Source: Octopus vulgaris
Lineage: Eukaryota
DNA: 64,000 nucleotides
NCBI GenBank assembly: GCA_951406725.2
Contig: OX597820.1
Span: 3,658,001-3,722,000 of the forward strand
Direction: 5' to 3'
Position numbers and translations under genes: made by a program. The notes below the pieces were generated by a model that was not told the DNA's origin, made no database searches, and saw nothing but the letters and a program-made list of their open reading frames with translations. Numbering within the stretch: position 1 is the first letter of the stretch; every line of letters begins with the position of its first letter. Positions 13,319 through 25,460 of the stretch are shown one piece after another.

Positions 13319-13406
13319 CTGTTCAATAATAGTTCAGTTTTATCACCTTTGAATTTTACTGAATTGCTTTGTAAAGCTGTTTCTTGATACTTCTAATTTA
13401 TTTTAG

Positions 13407-13630
13407 GAATCTGAAACTGAAAAAGAAGCAGAGAAAACAGAAGAAGTCAAAACTGAAAAAGTCAAAACTGAAAAAGTCAAAACTGAAAAAGTCAAAACTG
13501 AAAAAGTCAAAACAGAAGCAGTCAAAACAGAATCAGATTTGAAACCTTCATCTACTCCTGCAAGATCTCAGACAAATCGCAGTTCTTCCCGCTCTGCCTA
13601 TGGTCAATGGACAACATATGAAAAAACAGC
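13407..13630 (+). CDS. WBP4: WBP4 exon: ESETEKEAEKTEE(VKTEK)n...RSAYGQWTTYEKT
   Basis: ttttag acceptor, GTATGT donor, phase 0/2; YG.W motif recalled from the WBP4 C-terminal part. Confidence 0.88.
13446..13535 (+). repeat. Coding 15-bp tandem repeat, 6 units, encoding VKTEK x4, VKTEA, VKTES
   Basis: gtcaaaactgaaaaa at 13446, 13461, 13476 and 13491, then two variant units. Confidence 0.95.
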
Positions 13631-14407
13631 GTATGTACTTTCAACATATTTCATGAATCCCTCCATTTTCTTTGTTCTCAATTATATTGCAGGAGCATCG
13701 TTAGTGGGGACGAGGGTAGTCTGTTCTGGACGATGCTTTTCTGGATGTGAGACTTTTGGGTCTGCCATATAAGCCTGTGTGTGTCTGGTGGGGGAGAGTC
13801 AACTGAAGGCCTGCCCCTGGTGCAGCCTTCTAGCTTGCCAGCCCTCAGTCAAACTGTCCAACCCATGCCAGCATGGAAAGCGGACATTAAATGATGATGA
13901 TATATATGTGTGTGTGTGTCTATATTTGTCCCACCCCATCGCTTCACAACCGATGTTGGTGAGTTTACTTATTGGTTTGGCAAAAGAGACCAATAGAATA
14001 AGTACTAGACTTTAAAAAGATAAGTACTGGGGTTGATTTATTGAATTATAACCCTTCAAGGCTGTGCCTCAAGCATGGCTGCAGTCTAATGACTGAGACC
14101 AGCAGAAGATAAAAGTGTTTCTATTGAAATATAAATGTTTTGAAATTTTGGCACAAGGCCTGCAAGTTTGGTGGGGGGGGGTGAGTCAACCCTGGTGATC
14201 ATTCTTTTACTTGTTTCAGTCATTTGATTGTGGCCATGCTGGAGCACCACCTTTAGTTGAACAAGTCGACCCCAGGAGTTATTCGTTGTCATCTAGTACT
14301 TATTCTATCGGTCTCTTTTATCGAACCGCTAAGCTACAGGGACATAAACACACCTACATCAATTGTCAAGTGATGGTGGGGGACAAACATAGACACACAA
14401 ATACGTG

Positions 14408-14440
<33 letters not shown>

Positions 14441-14757
14441 TCGACGGGCTTCTTTCATTTTCTGTCTACCAAATCCACTCTCAAGGCTTTGGTTGGCCCG
14501 AGGCTATAGTAAAAGACACTTGCCCAAGGGTGCCATGCAGTGGGACTGAACCCAGAACCATGTGGTTGGGAAGCAAGCTTCTTACCACACAGCTACTCCT
14601 GTGCCTCAAATAGTATTTAATTTATTGACCTCGAAATGATGAAAGAGATAACCTCAATAAAATCTGAATTCTGCCAATCTTTGTATTAAAGACAAAAGTA
14701 TTTGTAAAAATTTTCCAGTCTTTGTATTAAAATATAAATTAATTTTCTTTTTTACAG

Positions 14758-14959
14758 AGAATTTGTTGATTATGAGTTGCCTTCGGTTCCCGAAGAAATG
14801 CCGTTACTGACATTCTCCTCAGAAGAACCAGCCAAAATGAAATTCAAAGAAAAGCGACTAACACTTGCAGATCTGCCTGACGGCGAAATTATTGCATTTA
14901 AAAAGCGTAAAATTTCTAAAGGTTCACGGAATATCCGTGGGAAATTAGACGACGACTGA
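14758..14959 (+). CDS. WBP4: WBP4 last coding exon: EFVDYELPS...FKEK...FKKRKISKGSRNIRGKLDDD*
   Basis: tttacag acceptor, TGA stop at 14957-14959, conserved WBP4 C-terminus. Confidence 0.92.
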
Positions 14960-14970
14960 CATTTTTACTT

Positions 14971-14992
14971 AATAAAATAAAATTTAAATAAA
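14971..14992 (+). terminator. Candidate WBP4 polyadenylation signals (AATAAA at 14971 and 14987)
   Basis: Canonical hexamers 12-30 nt after the stop, followed by T/GT-rich sequence. Confidence 0.5.
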
Positions 14993-16017
14993 AATACTAC
15001 AAATATTTATTTTGTAAAACCCATTTTACAAAGTGTGCTTTTTGTGGTTAAACACCATTTTTAGTATCCTGAGGAACAATGGTATTACTTTGCTTGTGTG
15101 GAACAGGAATCTTAAGCCGTTGCCATCATCATCATCATGGAATGTCTGTTTTCCATGCTGGCATGGGTGGAAGAGAGTTCATTGAGGTAAGTTTTCTATG
15201 GCTGGATGCTCTCCCTGTTGCCAACCTTTGATTCTGTTTCCAAGTATGGTAATATTTCTCCATGACCTGACATAACAGGAAATAAACATGGTTTGTATGA
15301 TGGTGATGCCCTCTTAGAACCATGATGCCAATTCTAGTATGAAATGGTCAGTGATATTTGAACTGTGTCCTACATGTGAAGAACTGCGATATTTGAACTG
15401 TCCTACATGTGAAGAACTGGCATTATTTTAACTGTGTCCTACATGTGAAGTTTGCTTCCCAACCACATAGTTCTGGGTTCAGTCCTACTTGGACAAGTGT
15501 CTTGCTATAACCTTGGGCTGACCAAAACCCATGAGTAGATTTGGTAGACAGATTGCTTCAACATCAGTGAGGTCTAAAAATGCACATGTACAAACAACAA
15601 CAATATGATGGAGGAAGTGAGCTAATTCACAGCACAAATTAATCAAATCACCTGTGCAGGTTGCAACAAATTACAGAACCTTCACCTGTTGTCTGCAACA
15701 AGAGAGTCCATCACTGTACTGAACTGGACTGGTGATGTGTGTGTGTAGGAGCAGTGACAGGTGAGTAAGAAAGTGTCAAACCTTGCAGATTTGAGGAAGT
15801 TGAAGAAGACGTGGTAAGGTCTCATCTCAGCCCATGCTGGACCGTGACAAACTGTGAGACACTGTTGAACGTATGCCAAATAAAATCCAGCTCATGGGAA
15901 CATAAAATGATGATAAAAGCTTTTAAAAAAATGTCTTTTCAAGAGCTCAGAGAACCTCTGCCTCAAGAGGTGGTTACTATTGTATAGATGCACGAGTTAA
16001 TAATAATAATAATAATT

Positions 16018-16320
16018 AATTCGTTTATTGGCCACAAGGGCTAACAAAAATCAGATAAAACATGTAGGGACAAAACACAAGACGAAAGTTACAAAAGGTT
16101 TTGTCCGTTTGAAAAGTCCGTGTACAAATGCAAGATAACGAAAATATGTAACAATTAAAACTCCCAATAGGGGGAGGCGCTTCGAAAGGTTACTCGTGGA
16201 AAAAGCCATGGGAGCCTGGTCAAAAGGGGGGTTGAGAGCCCCTTTCTCCTTTTATATTTACCTCTTTTGTTACAGGTGTAACCTCAGAATTGGTCCATTC
16301 ATACTGGCCATTCTTCCGAC
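16018..16320 (-). mobile_element. LINE 3'-end fragment (possibly L1/Tx1 type)
   Basis: ORF end ...GRMASMNGPILRLHL*, then a UTR ending gcccttgtggccaataaa and a (TTA)n tail. Confidence 0.45.
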
Positions 16321-16760
16321 ATAATAATTAGGAAATTATTGTGTACAGTGCTCAGGTGCACTACAATTTATCAAAGGTGCATGTGCAGTACATAAAATTA
16401 TGGGGAAAAATCAGGAAAGTGAACAGTGTATGAGTCATGATGTACAGGTGTGCATGTGTATGGAATGGGGAGGGATGTCAGGTGTGACATTGGTGAATTT
16501 CAGGAAGCATGGAGGTTTTAAAGGATGCAATGTCTTGGCAACTAACAACTGATGCAGGTAGTTTGTTCCATGCTTCAGCGACTCTGAGTGTGAAAAAACT
16601 GTTTCTGGAAGTCATGGAGTGCTGTGCTGTTTTCTGACTTTGTAGCCATGCCCACATGTGTTAGACACATGGAGCTCAAAAAGGTGCTTAATAAGGTTGT
16701 TGTTGGCATGAGGGTTAATAATTTTGTGGGTGTTTACCAAGTCACTTGGCAGAAGTTGGG
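16321..16760 (-). mobile_element. CR1/L2-type LINE 3' fragment
   Basis: Minus strand reads ...FFTLRVAEAWNKLPASVV...SFK; related pieces at 24957-25245 and 57630-57810. Confidence 0.7.
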
Positions 16761-17571
16761 GCTAGAAGCTTACTAAATTACTTTTGCACTAGGAACTAAG
16801 AAACATGATGGTGAAGCTGCGTGGCTAGGGTATTCAGCTCACAGCCATCAGGTTGTGAGTTCAAGTCCCAGCAATGCATTGTATCCTTGAGCAAGACACT
16901 TTATTCCACGTTGCTCTTGTCCACTCAGCTGGCAAAAAACGAGCTGTACCTCTATCTCAAAAGACCAGCTTTACCACATTCTGTGTTAGGCTGAATCTTC
17001 TTGAGAACTACATTAAGGGTGCACGTGTCTGTGGAGTGCTCATCCACTTGCACGGTAATTTCGGGAGCAGGCTGTTCCATTGATCGGATCAACTGGAACC
17101 CTCATCATCATAACTGATGGAGTACCAGTGTTCTCCTGGTGCTATTATACGATAGAAAAATACAAGAGGCATGAAAAAGATATTTAGACGTATTACTGAA
17201 GCATGTGGTTATTATAAATATGGAGACAACTTTAACTCCTCTTCGGTCATATTTCTAATGGAACACTGCTTTATGTATGTCAATTAAAATAACCAAGAAT
17301 CTGAAGGAATTTAATAAAATATCATCTCCATTATTTAGTTTGGAAAATACATAAAGTTTCTCATGTAAAATTATGGTAAAAAGATTAAACTGACATCAAA
17401 CACTTTAAAAGAGGTGAATTTATATTATATGAATTGTGCCAAATGTTGGCTTGAAATGGTAGTCATTTTACTAATTCCTGCTGAATTCTTGATCATTTTC
17501 AAAACTAACTGAAATTCCAAGATTATATATTTCATGAAAGATATATAAAGCAAAAGAATCAAGACTAAATA

Positions 17572-17588
17572 TTTATTTTTTCTTTATT
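17572..17588 (-). terminator. Candidate polyadenylation signals of the small gene (two AATAAA)
   Basis: tttatt on + at 17572-17577 and 17583-17588, about 50-60 nt after the stop. Confidence 0.5.
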
Positions 17589-17634
17589 TCTTTAAAAGTT
17601 CTAGCTTACTTTCATTTGATCAAATAAATTTTTG

Positions 17635-17726
17635 TTATAATAATTTGCTCATATACATTCCAAATATCTGAAGAAGAACCAAAAACGTCATCATTGGAAC
17701 AGTCACATGATTTCCTGGACCACCTT
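17635..17726 (-). CDS. Small gene, last coding exon: (K)GGPGNHVTVPMMTFLVLLQIFGMYMSKLL*
   Basis: Strong tttctctttattttctttgcag acceptor, TAA stop, hydrophobic C-terminus. Confidence 0.77.
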
Positions 17727-18366
17727 CTGCAAAGAAAATAAAGAGAAAGGCTCATTACTCAGTTAATGTATTAATACAAGTTTGACACTAAAAGACAAGC
17801 AAAATAAATGGCAGATTGGGGGAGGAGGAGATGATAGGGGTGGCAGGGGTGAGCCCCAAGCCATCCCTAATCAAGCAGACCCATGTCCAAAGGTATTCTA
17901 GTCGTGGCCATCTGGTCTTCTTTTTGGCATAGGCTGTATCTAGGTCACTGATTCTCAACCCTTTTAATATCCAGGCCAGATCCCAAACCAGGACTTTTAT
18001 TTTAGGGGTCTGCACAAACAAATGTAAAACACAAGTCAATTAAAGAAAATTTGATTATAGAGGGAAGACTGCCAGGGGCTGCTGGAAGGACGCTTGAGGG
18101 GAACATGTGGCCCTGGGAGCTGCTGGTCTAAGTTCACATTAACCAACATATCCCTGTTTTCTTTAAGGGTGTAATTTTGAGTGAGATTTGGTCGCCATCT
18201 TCAGCAGTTTGAGCAACCATTTACTGTACCAAATACAGTGTGGATTATAAATATACAAAGTCACTTCTATAAATATTCAATGTTTCTTCAGAAAATACCA
18301 TAAACGGTTTATTTCGGAAGTGATGAATTCAAAATAAATCAAAAATATTGAGAGAGGAATACTTAC

Positions 18367-18422
18367 TGCAGCCAAGAAAATCATGAAGTTTCACAGACAA
18401 TTGGTGGACTGTTTCACAATAT
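18367..18422 (-). CDS. Small gene, coding exon 3: YCETVHQLSVKLHDFLGC
   Basis: ttccattttgtag acceptor, GTAAGT donor, 56 nt. Confidence 0.77.
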
Positions 18423-18452
18423 CTACAAAATGGAATAATAAAACAAGTTAAA

Positions 18453-18908
18453 TTTAATCCTTTAGCATTCAGATTACGCTCTTAAATCTAATCCTTATTT
18501 AATCCCATTGTTTTGAATCAACCATGCATTGTCTCATAGCTTCAAGGTTTCAATAATGTAACTATTTATTTTTAGAATAACATTGTAGTGTTGCTATGAG
18601 AGGTCAGATTTGGTCAACTTGAGCACAAACCAAGCAGAACATTTGAGTTGGACAATGCTGGTTTAACCCATTCATTACCAACCCAGCTGAAACCACCTCT
18701 GGTTCTATAGTACAAATGTCTTGTTTTCAAAAGTTTTGAATTAAAATCTTCCAACAAACCTTAGTCACAATTTATGCTCCTAATACTAGCTTAATGATAA
18801 CGAAGTTATTTTACTAAATTCTTTGTTATATTTAAAATTAATTGAAAGAGGCAAAGAGCATCTAAACAGAAATACGGTAATGAAAGGGTTAAGATGCTGA
18901 AGGGTTAA
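18453..18908. mobile_element. Nested piggyBac-type (TTAA) MITEs: inner element 18663-18892 inside an outer element
   Basis: ttaaccc...gggttaa ends. Inner family also at 32684-32897; uninterrupted outer family at 53623-53839. Confidence 0.7.
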
Positions 18909-20423
18909 GCTATTGTTATAGATATTCATCAAAGGGTTCATGTGAGCAGAATTGTTAGAGAGTCAGGCAAAGTAACTACCAGAATTTAGTTACAGCCATT
19001 TAGATTCTGCATTCAATTCAGTTGTATTTAGCTTTCCATTCTTCCAGGGTTGACAGAATTCCAGTTGTGTACTTTCACACTTGAATTACTCTGTCAAATG
19101 TAATGTGTATTTATTTACATTGTGTTAAGTCTTTACTACTCACAAGGGGCTAAACACAGAGGGGACAAACAAGGACAGACAAACGGATTTAGTCGATTAC
19201 ATCAACCCCAGTGCGTAAATGGTACTTAATTTATCGACCCCGAAAGGATGAAAGGCAAAGTCGACCTCGGCGGAATTTGAACTCAGAACGTAATGACAGA
19301 CGAAATACGGCTACGCATTTCGCCCAGCATACTAACGGTTCTGCCAGCTCGCCGCGTTTAGTCATGATATATTGTCATCATGTTACTGGTGTTGGGGTGA
19401 GGTTGGCTAGGGGGTCCCTGTGCAAGGGTCTTTGTCTTCATTATGTTTGTGGTCAGACCAAAGCTGACATACAAATTTTCAAAGAGGTTCACAGCCTCCT
19501 GAAGATAGGAAACTGAATGTGTGGGAGGCTTTCCCGTTCTTTGGAAGCTACCTGTCCAGTGATTGCACCATTCAGGAAGACAACAAGAATAGGATCAGCA
19601 CAACCTCTAAGCCCCTGTCAACTCCTCTTTGCAGGGTTGGCTTCAGGCGCCAGACCACGCAAGGACCCCAAAATGTGTTTCCGATGCCAGCTCACGGCTA
19701 CTCTCCTTTGCTGCTCCATTAACTCAAGGACCCCCTAAAGTGGCATTATGTCATTGTGGGAACAGACCAGATAGAAAATAACAGACGCCAAGGGGCAGGG
19801 ACCAGATGTCAAAGACACAAAAAGTCTGAACAACTATATATCTTATACAGTCATTATATATTCTCATCATATATAGTCAAATATATACTGGGGTCTAGGA
19901 AGCCCAAAGGCTGCACCAGGCCAGTCAGATCTGGCAGTGTTTCTACAGCTGGATGCCCTTCCTAACGCCAACCACTCCGTGAGTGTAGTGGGTGCTTTTT
20001 ACGTGGCACTGACACAGGTGCCAGACGAGGCTGGCAAACGGCCACACTCGGATGGTGTTTGTTACGTGCCACTGGAATGGAGGCCAGGCGAGGCTGGCAA
20101 TGGCCACAATCGGATGGCGTTTGTTACGTGCCACCGGCATGGAGGCCAGGCAATGCAGCGCTGGCTACGGCTATGTTTGGATGGTTCTCTTACGTGCCAC
20201 CGGCACTGGTATCACAACTACAAATTCCATTGATGTTGATCGATTTTGATTTTGATTTTCACTTGCCTCAACAGGTCTTCACATGTAGAGTTATGTGTCC
20301 CAAGACGGAAGGTATGCACAGGTGGACTGACTACGTCCCAGGTAGAGGCCATGGGTTATGGCCTTACTTGCCCTGCCGGGTCTTCTCATGCACAGCATAT
20401 TTCCAAAGGTCTCGGTCTCATCT

Positions 20424-20467
<44 letters not shown>

Positions 20468-20499
20468 CAATAATAATTCTCTAAATGAGATATATATAT

Positions 20500-20812
20500 A
20501 TATATATAAATTAGAAAAAAACCCACCTTTTATCAATTCAAAATGAACAATTAAATTACACCATCTAGAAAATTACATATAATAGAAATATTAAAAATAA
20601 AATAACAATAATATACCAATGATTAAGTAAAAAATAATAATAAAAATGTATATATTTATTTTTATTATTATTTTTTGCAATTTACTTAATCATTGGTATA
20701 TTATTGTTATTTTAATTATAATATTTCTATTCTATGTAATTTTCTAGATGGTGTAATTTAATTGTTCATTTTGAATTGATAAAAGGTGTTTTTCTAACTT
20801 TTATATATATAT
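20500..20812. repeat. Long AT-rich palindrome, arms about 150 bp, between (TA)n tracts
   Basis: ccttttatcaattcaaaatgaacaattaaattacaccatctagaaaattac is mirrored by gtaattttctagatggtgtaatttaattgttcattttgaattgataaaagg. Confidence 0.9.
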
Positions 20813-21105
20813 ATTAATATTTTGTGAAATTTGATTTAGTATTTCTAAATTGAATTTTTCCCTGTAAGTTAGGAATAATATTCCCTCAAATAATTATTAT
20901 ATATATATAGGTGTGGAAAGGTTGAATGTAGATTCGTCCTTTACTTTGGAGGTTTCCAAAAAAGATTTCTAATGTTGATTCTTCATATTTTGCTGGGAGT
21001 TTACAGGAATAAATTTGTGAAGATATGAAGATAATACTTGTATATGGTGTGTTGTGAATTTATGGAAAGAAATCCTATAAAACTCAGCAATTTAGTTAAA
21101 AATGG

Positions 21106-21340
21106 AGAAGAGAAGTTGTTAAGATACAGAAGAGAATTTTAATCCATGCAGACAATCGTTTCATACAGAGATATAAAAATCATGCAAATTCATGATTGAA
21201 TTGAATTAGATTAAATTAATTAATTATATAACAATTTAATTTAATTCAATTCAACCATGAATTTGCATGATTTTTATATCTCTGTACGAAACAATCGTCT
21301 GCATGAATTAAAATTCTCTTCTGTATCTTAACTTCTCTTC
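21106..21340. repeat. Second palindrome, arms about 115 bp
   Basis: taagatacagaagagaattttaat...catgcaaattcatg is mirrored by catgaatttgcatg...attaaaattctcttctgtatctta. Confidence 0.9.
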
Positions 21341-21355
21341 AGTGCAGGAAGTATA

Positions 21356-21386
<31 letters not shown>

Positions 21387-21410
21387 GATAGATATAGATA
21401 GATAGATAGA

Positions 21411-22299
21411 TATGAGGTCTGATCAATAAGTATCCAGACTGTTGCCATAGTAACAAAGCTAAAGTACACAGAGTAAGGCCATTTGACAAAGATTGACCTT
21501 GAACTCTGCTGTGCATGCACACGAAGTTTTAATGTTCTACCTCACTTCTGTTGTATACAGCAGTGCTTGGAAGGAAGGTGTGTAGCATGTGATCATCACA
21601 TTGACTACGACTGAGAAAGTTGTCATGGTGATCCCAGCTCAGAGGTTTATGCAAAGTTGCAGAAAGTGTATGGAGAGCGGTGTATGAGCTGCCCACATGT
21701 GTACGAGTGGTTCAGATGTTCCCAGGATGGCTGCAAAAATGTCAATAGTGATGAACGTTCTGGGAGACCCACAACCAGCAGAAGTGAGAAAAGCATCGCA
21801 GCTGTGAGGGGAAATCATTGAATCACCATCCGTGAGTAATCAAAGGCTGTGCAGATTAGTTGTGGTTCAGTTCAGTCCATTATCCCTGAAGATTTGGGTA
21901 TGAGATATGTGTCTGCCAAGTTTGTGCCAAAACTGCTTTCAGCTGACCAAAAAGACACTTGGGTTTCAGTTGCACAAGATTTCCTTGATTGTGTCGAGAA
22001 CAAAGAAAGCTTTTTGAAAACTTTGCATAAGGCCTCTGAGCAGGTATCATCAAGCTTTTGGCAAAATTCAATGCAGATTCTCTGCTCAACTTTTCTCTGT
22101 AATGGTCAATGTGACAATCACACGCTACACACCTTCCTACCAAGCACTGCTGTAAACAGCAGAAGTGAGCCAGAACGTTAAAACTTAGTACACATGCACA
22201 GCAGAGTTCAAGGCCAACAGGTGCCAAATGGCTTCACTCTGCTTGCTTTAGCTTCGTTACTATGGCAACAGTCCAGATACTTATTCATCAGACCATGTA
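21411..22299 (+). mobile_element. Mariner derivative built from two inverted 5' ends
   Basis: Inverted arms of about 210 bp or more; transposase N-terminal remnants VYEWF, DERSGRP and VSAKFVPKLL on +, and EQRICIEFCQKL on -. Confidence 0.85.
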
Positions 22300-22398
22300 T
22301 TTGGTGGATTTTAATAACAAATTTTTACTGAAATGTTAAATAGTAAATGTTAACGATCCATTAATTACAGTACTAGAGATGGAATCTAATGATCTTAC

Positions 22399-22459
22399 CC
22401 GGTGCCAATGGAGACTTTATCTGTTTCTGCAGCATTAACTCCAATCTTAGTTGAACAGA
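22399..22459 (-). CDS. Small gene, coding exon 2: (V)CSTKIGVNAAETDKVSIGT(G)
   Basis: ttcttaattttctag acceptor, CGG|GTAAGA donor, 61 nt. Confidence 0.75.
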
Positions 22460-22952
22460 CTAGAAAATTAAGAACAAGAAATTCGAAAATACATTCAAAT
22501 GTTTACATTTTTTTTGCTTAGCCACTCTATAGGGCAGTGGTTCTTCTAGACTGACCGTTCTATGTCCATGCCAAGTAATATAAACGAGAGAAACGTTATC
22601 GCTGTGGTCATTTGATACATTGTACCTAACAACCTTCTGATCCCTACCCCCCCCCCCCCACTATATTTCAACCCTTCACCTCAATGGTAATTCTTTGTGT
22701 GGTTGTTTGATGGACACATTGATACCTTCCTGTTCCGCTTCCCAAAAGTTCACCATCGTTCACCTTATGTCTTGTTTTCTCACCATCCTAAGCCATTCCT
22801 GTTGCATGGCCTTCATTTTTGCCACCAAACCAAACCAAACCCTCGTTTTCCCACATTTCCTCACTCCCAGAGAAATAAAATTCCACATTCCCACACTCTT
22901 CTCATGGAATTCTTTACAATGTTCCAAACTTTCTACTGATTAATGTTTTTCT

Positions 22953-23322
22953 GGAGGCGCAATGGCCCAGTGGTTAGGGCAGCGGACTCGCGGTTTCGAT
23001 TCCCAGACCGGGCGTTGTGAGTGTTTATTGAGCGAAAACACCTAAAGCTCCACGAGGCTCTGGCAGGGGATGGTGGTGATCCCTGCTGTACTCTTTCACC
23101 ACAACTTTCTCTCACTCTTACTTCCTGTTTCTGTTGTACCTGTATTTCAAAGGGCCGGCCTTGTCACTCTCTGTGTCACGCTGAATATCCCCGAGAACTA
23201 TGTTAAGGGTACACGTGTCTGTGGAGTGCTCAGCCATTTGCACGTTAATTTCACGAGCAGGCTGTTCCGTTGATTCAGATCAACCAGAACCCTCGTCGTC
23301 GTAACCGACGGAGTGCTTCCAC
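22953..23322 (+). mobile_element. tRNA-derived SINE (third family) with target-site duplication
   Basis: tRNA-like head tggcccagtggttagggc...gtttcgattccc; flanked by aatgtttttctg on both sides. Related copies at 16810-17128, 49070-49490 and 60348-60870(-). Confidence 0.75.
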
Positions 23323-23774
23323 CAATGTTTTTCTGCCAGAGATCCTCACCATTTTCGCCAGATTCTGCTTTCACTAAACTTTAATGTTTATTTTCAGACT
23401 ATTTCACAATAAAACAATATTCTATTCCTGACATTAGAACTATTTTAGACAATGGTTAAAATTCTGTTAGCTAAGCAAACCGACTAAAGTCTGTGTTACT
23501 AGTTTAGTGTAAAGTGACCAACTGGCAGACTCATTGGCAGACTTAGCGGTATTTCATTTATCTTCATGTTCTGAATTCAACTTTGCCTTTCATCCTTTCA
23601 GGGTTGATAAAATAATTATCAGTAAAGCACTGGGGTTGATGTAATTGACTTCCACCCGGCCTGAAACTGCTGGCCTTGGGCTAAAATTTGTAACCAATGT
23701 TTGTTAGGTTAGTGAACCTGTTTTCATAATTTTGGTAGCTCAATGAACTGGTTGTTTAAATTATGGCAGGCCGT

Positions 23775-24810
23775 CACTGTATGTGACAGTAACCAAAGTT
23801 TGACTAGGGTTTTCGTGAAAGAGAAATAGAAACCCAATTAGGGTCTGCAAGAGCAAAGAGAAGCTAAGAAAGTTTGCAAAATTACATAAGAGGAGGACAT
23901 CATAGAACTGCAGAAAGACCTGAACGCAATCTACAAATGGGAAAATAAAGATAACATCCAGTCCAATGCTACGAAATTTCAGGCAGTCCACTATCGGTCC
24001 AACACCAGGCTAAAATCGGAATACACTGGACCAGAAGGTAATATGATCCCAGAGTCAGAGTCAGTGCATGACCTGGGGGCTCACATGAGCAATGATGCAA
24101 CATTACATGTCCATGGCAACACTGTGGAGGCGAGTGGCTGGCTGGATTCTGAGGACATTCAGAACCAAGAAAAAGGAGGCCCTGCTACTCCGATGGGAGA
24201 CTTTCGTTCTCAGCCGCTTGGACTCCTGCTCTCAGCTATGGTCCCCAGAGAGAGTGAAACAAACTGTGGAACTTGAAGCAATCCAGTGCCAATACACAAA
24301 GAAGATTGATTTGATGCAAAAGATGGGAAACTGGGAGAGGCTAAAAGAGCTGAGTCTCTGTTCCCTGGAGAGAAAACGAGAGAGAGATGCAGTGAGATAT
24401 ATTTGGAAGAACTTGGAGGATTTAGCTTCCAGTTTTGGAATTGACAACTATATCAATCCTCAAACTGGATGGCACTGCATCATACCAAAGATCCTGTCTT
24501 CCCCATCTAAAATAAGGACACAGTACAGTAATCGTCTGGGTTTCAAGGGCCCACAATTGTTCAACATCCTTCTCAGTGACCTTATAGATCTACATTGTGT
24601 TGATGTGGAAGTTACCAAGGAACGTCTGGACAGGTTTCTGTCTGAGATACCAGATGAATCCACATGGCGGCAGGAGACACAAAGAAGAGCAGCTCTGTCC
24701 AACTTGCTACTTCACCAAAAACATTACCGGAAACAACACAGAGTAACTACATGTGGTGCTCCAGCATGACCTCAGCCCTGGGCTGAAATCAGTGAAAGAT
24801 TAAAGTTCAT
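23775..24810 (+). mobile_element. CR1/L2-clade LINE 3' portion (degenerate RT C-terminus)
   Basis: ORF 24092-24769: FVLSRLDSCSQLWSP, LERKRER, GPQLFNIL, LDRFLSEIPD; frameshifts upstream. Confidence 0.8.
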
Positions 24811-25460
24811 ACTCTTGCTTATTTGCCTACAAAATAACTCAGAGCAGTTGCCAATGAAACTAAAATCCAATAAAACATGGGAATCTGTAACTACAGTCAG
24901 TAATAATCCCTTTCCATGATAGACAGAAGGCCTGGAATTTTAAAGGAGAAGGTTATAATAATAATAATAATAATGAAATTATTGTATACAGTGCTCAGGT
25001 GCACCACAACTTGTCACAAGTGCATATAAAGCATATGCAGTAATGTACAAATGTCTGGAAAGTGAACAGTGTATGAGTCAGATACACGCTTGCGTGTGTA
25101 TGGAGAGGAGGAGAAAATCAGGTGTAGTGTTGGCGAATCTCAGGAAGCAAGGAAGTTTTGAAGGGTGCAGTGCTCCGACAACTAACAACTGATGCAGGCA
25201 GTTTGTTCCATGCTTCAGCAATTCCTAGCGTGAAAAAATGTTTTGACCCCAGTGTTCACCTGGTACTCTATTTCATTGACCCTGAAAGGACGAAAGGTAA
25301 AGTCGACCATCGTGGAATTTGAACCCTGAATGTAAAGCCTGAGGAAATGCCACGAAGCATTTCGCCTGGCATGCTAGCAATTCTGCCAGCTCACCAGATC
25401 ATTTACCAATATACCGTCTTTACAATAAGGCATAAAAATGTTAAATATAAATACACATAC

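Larger units (their letters stand above)
1883..14959 (+). other. WBP4: WBP4/FBP21 gene span (WW domain-binding protein 4, spliceosomal B-complex protein); 8 coding exons in window, about 343 aa
   Basis: Exons join in frame across GT-AG introns. N-terminus (M)ADYWKSQPRKFCEFCKCW...FHEKGKRHQENV (U1/matrin zinc finger), one WW domain, and C-terminus FKKRK...SRNIRGKLDDD match recalled WBP4 architecture. Confidence 0.93.

Noticed and set aside
24092-24769. 225-aa ORF as a host gene
   Set aside because: Degenerate LINE RT C-terminus lying antisense in an intron of the small gene.
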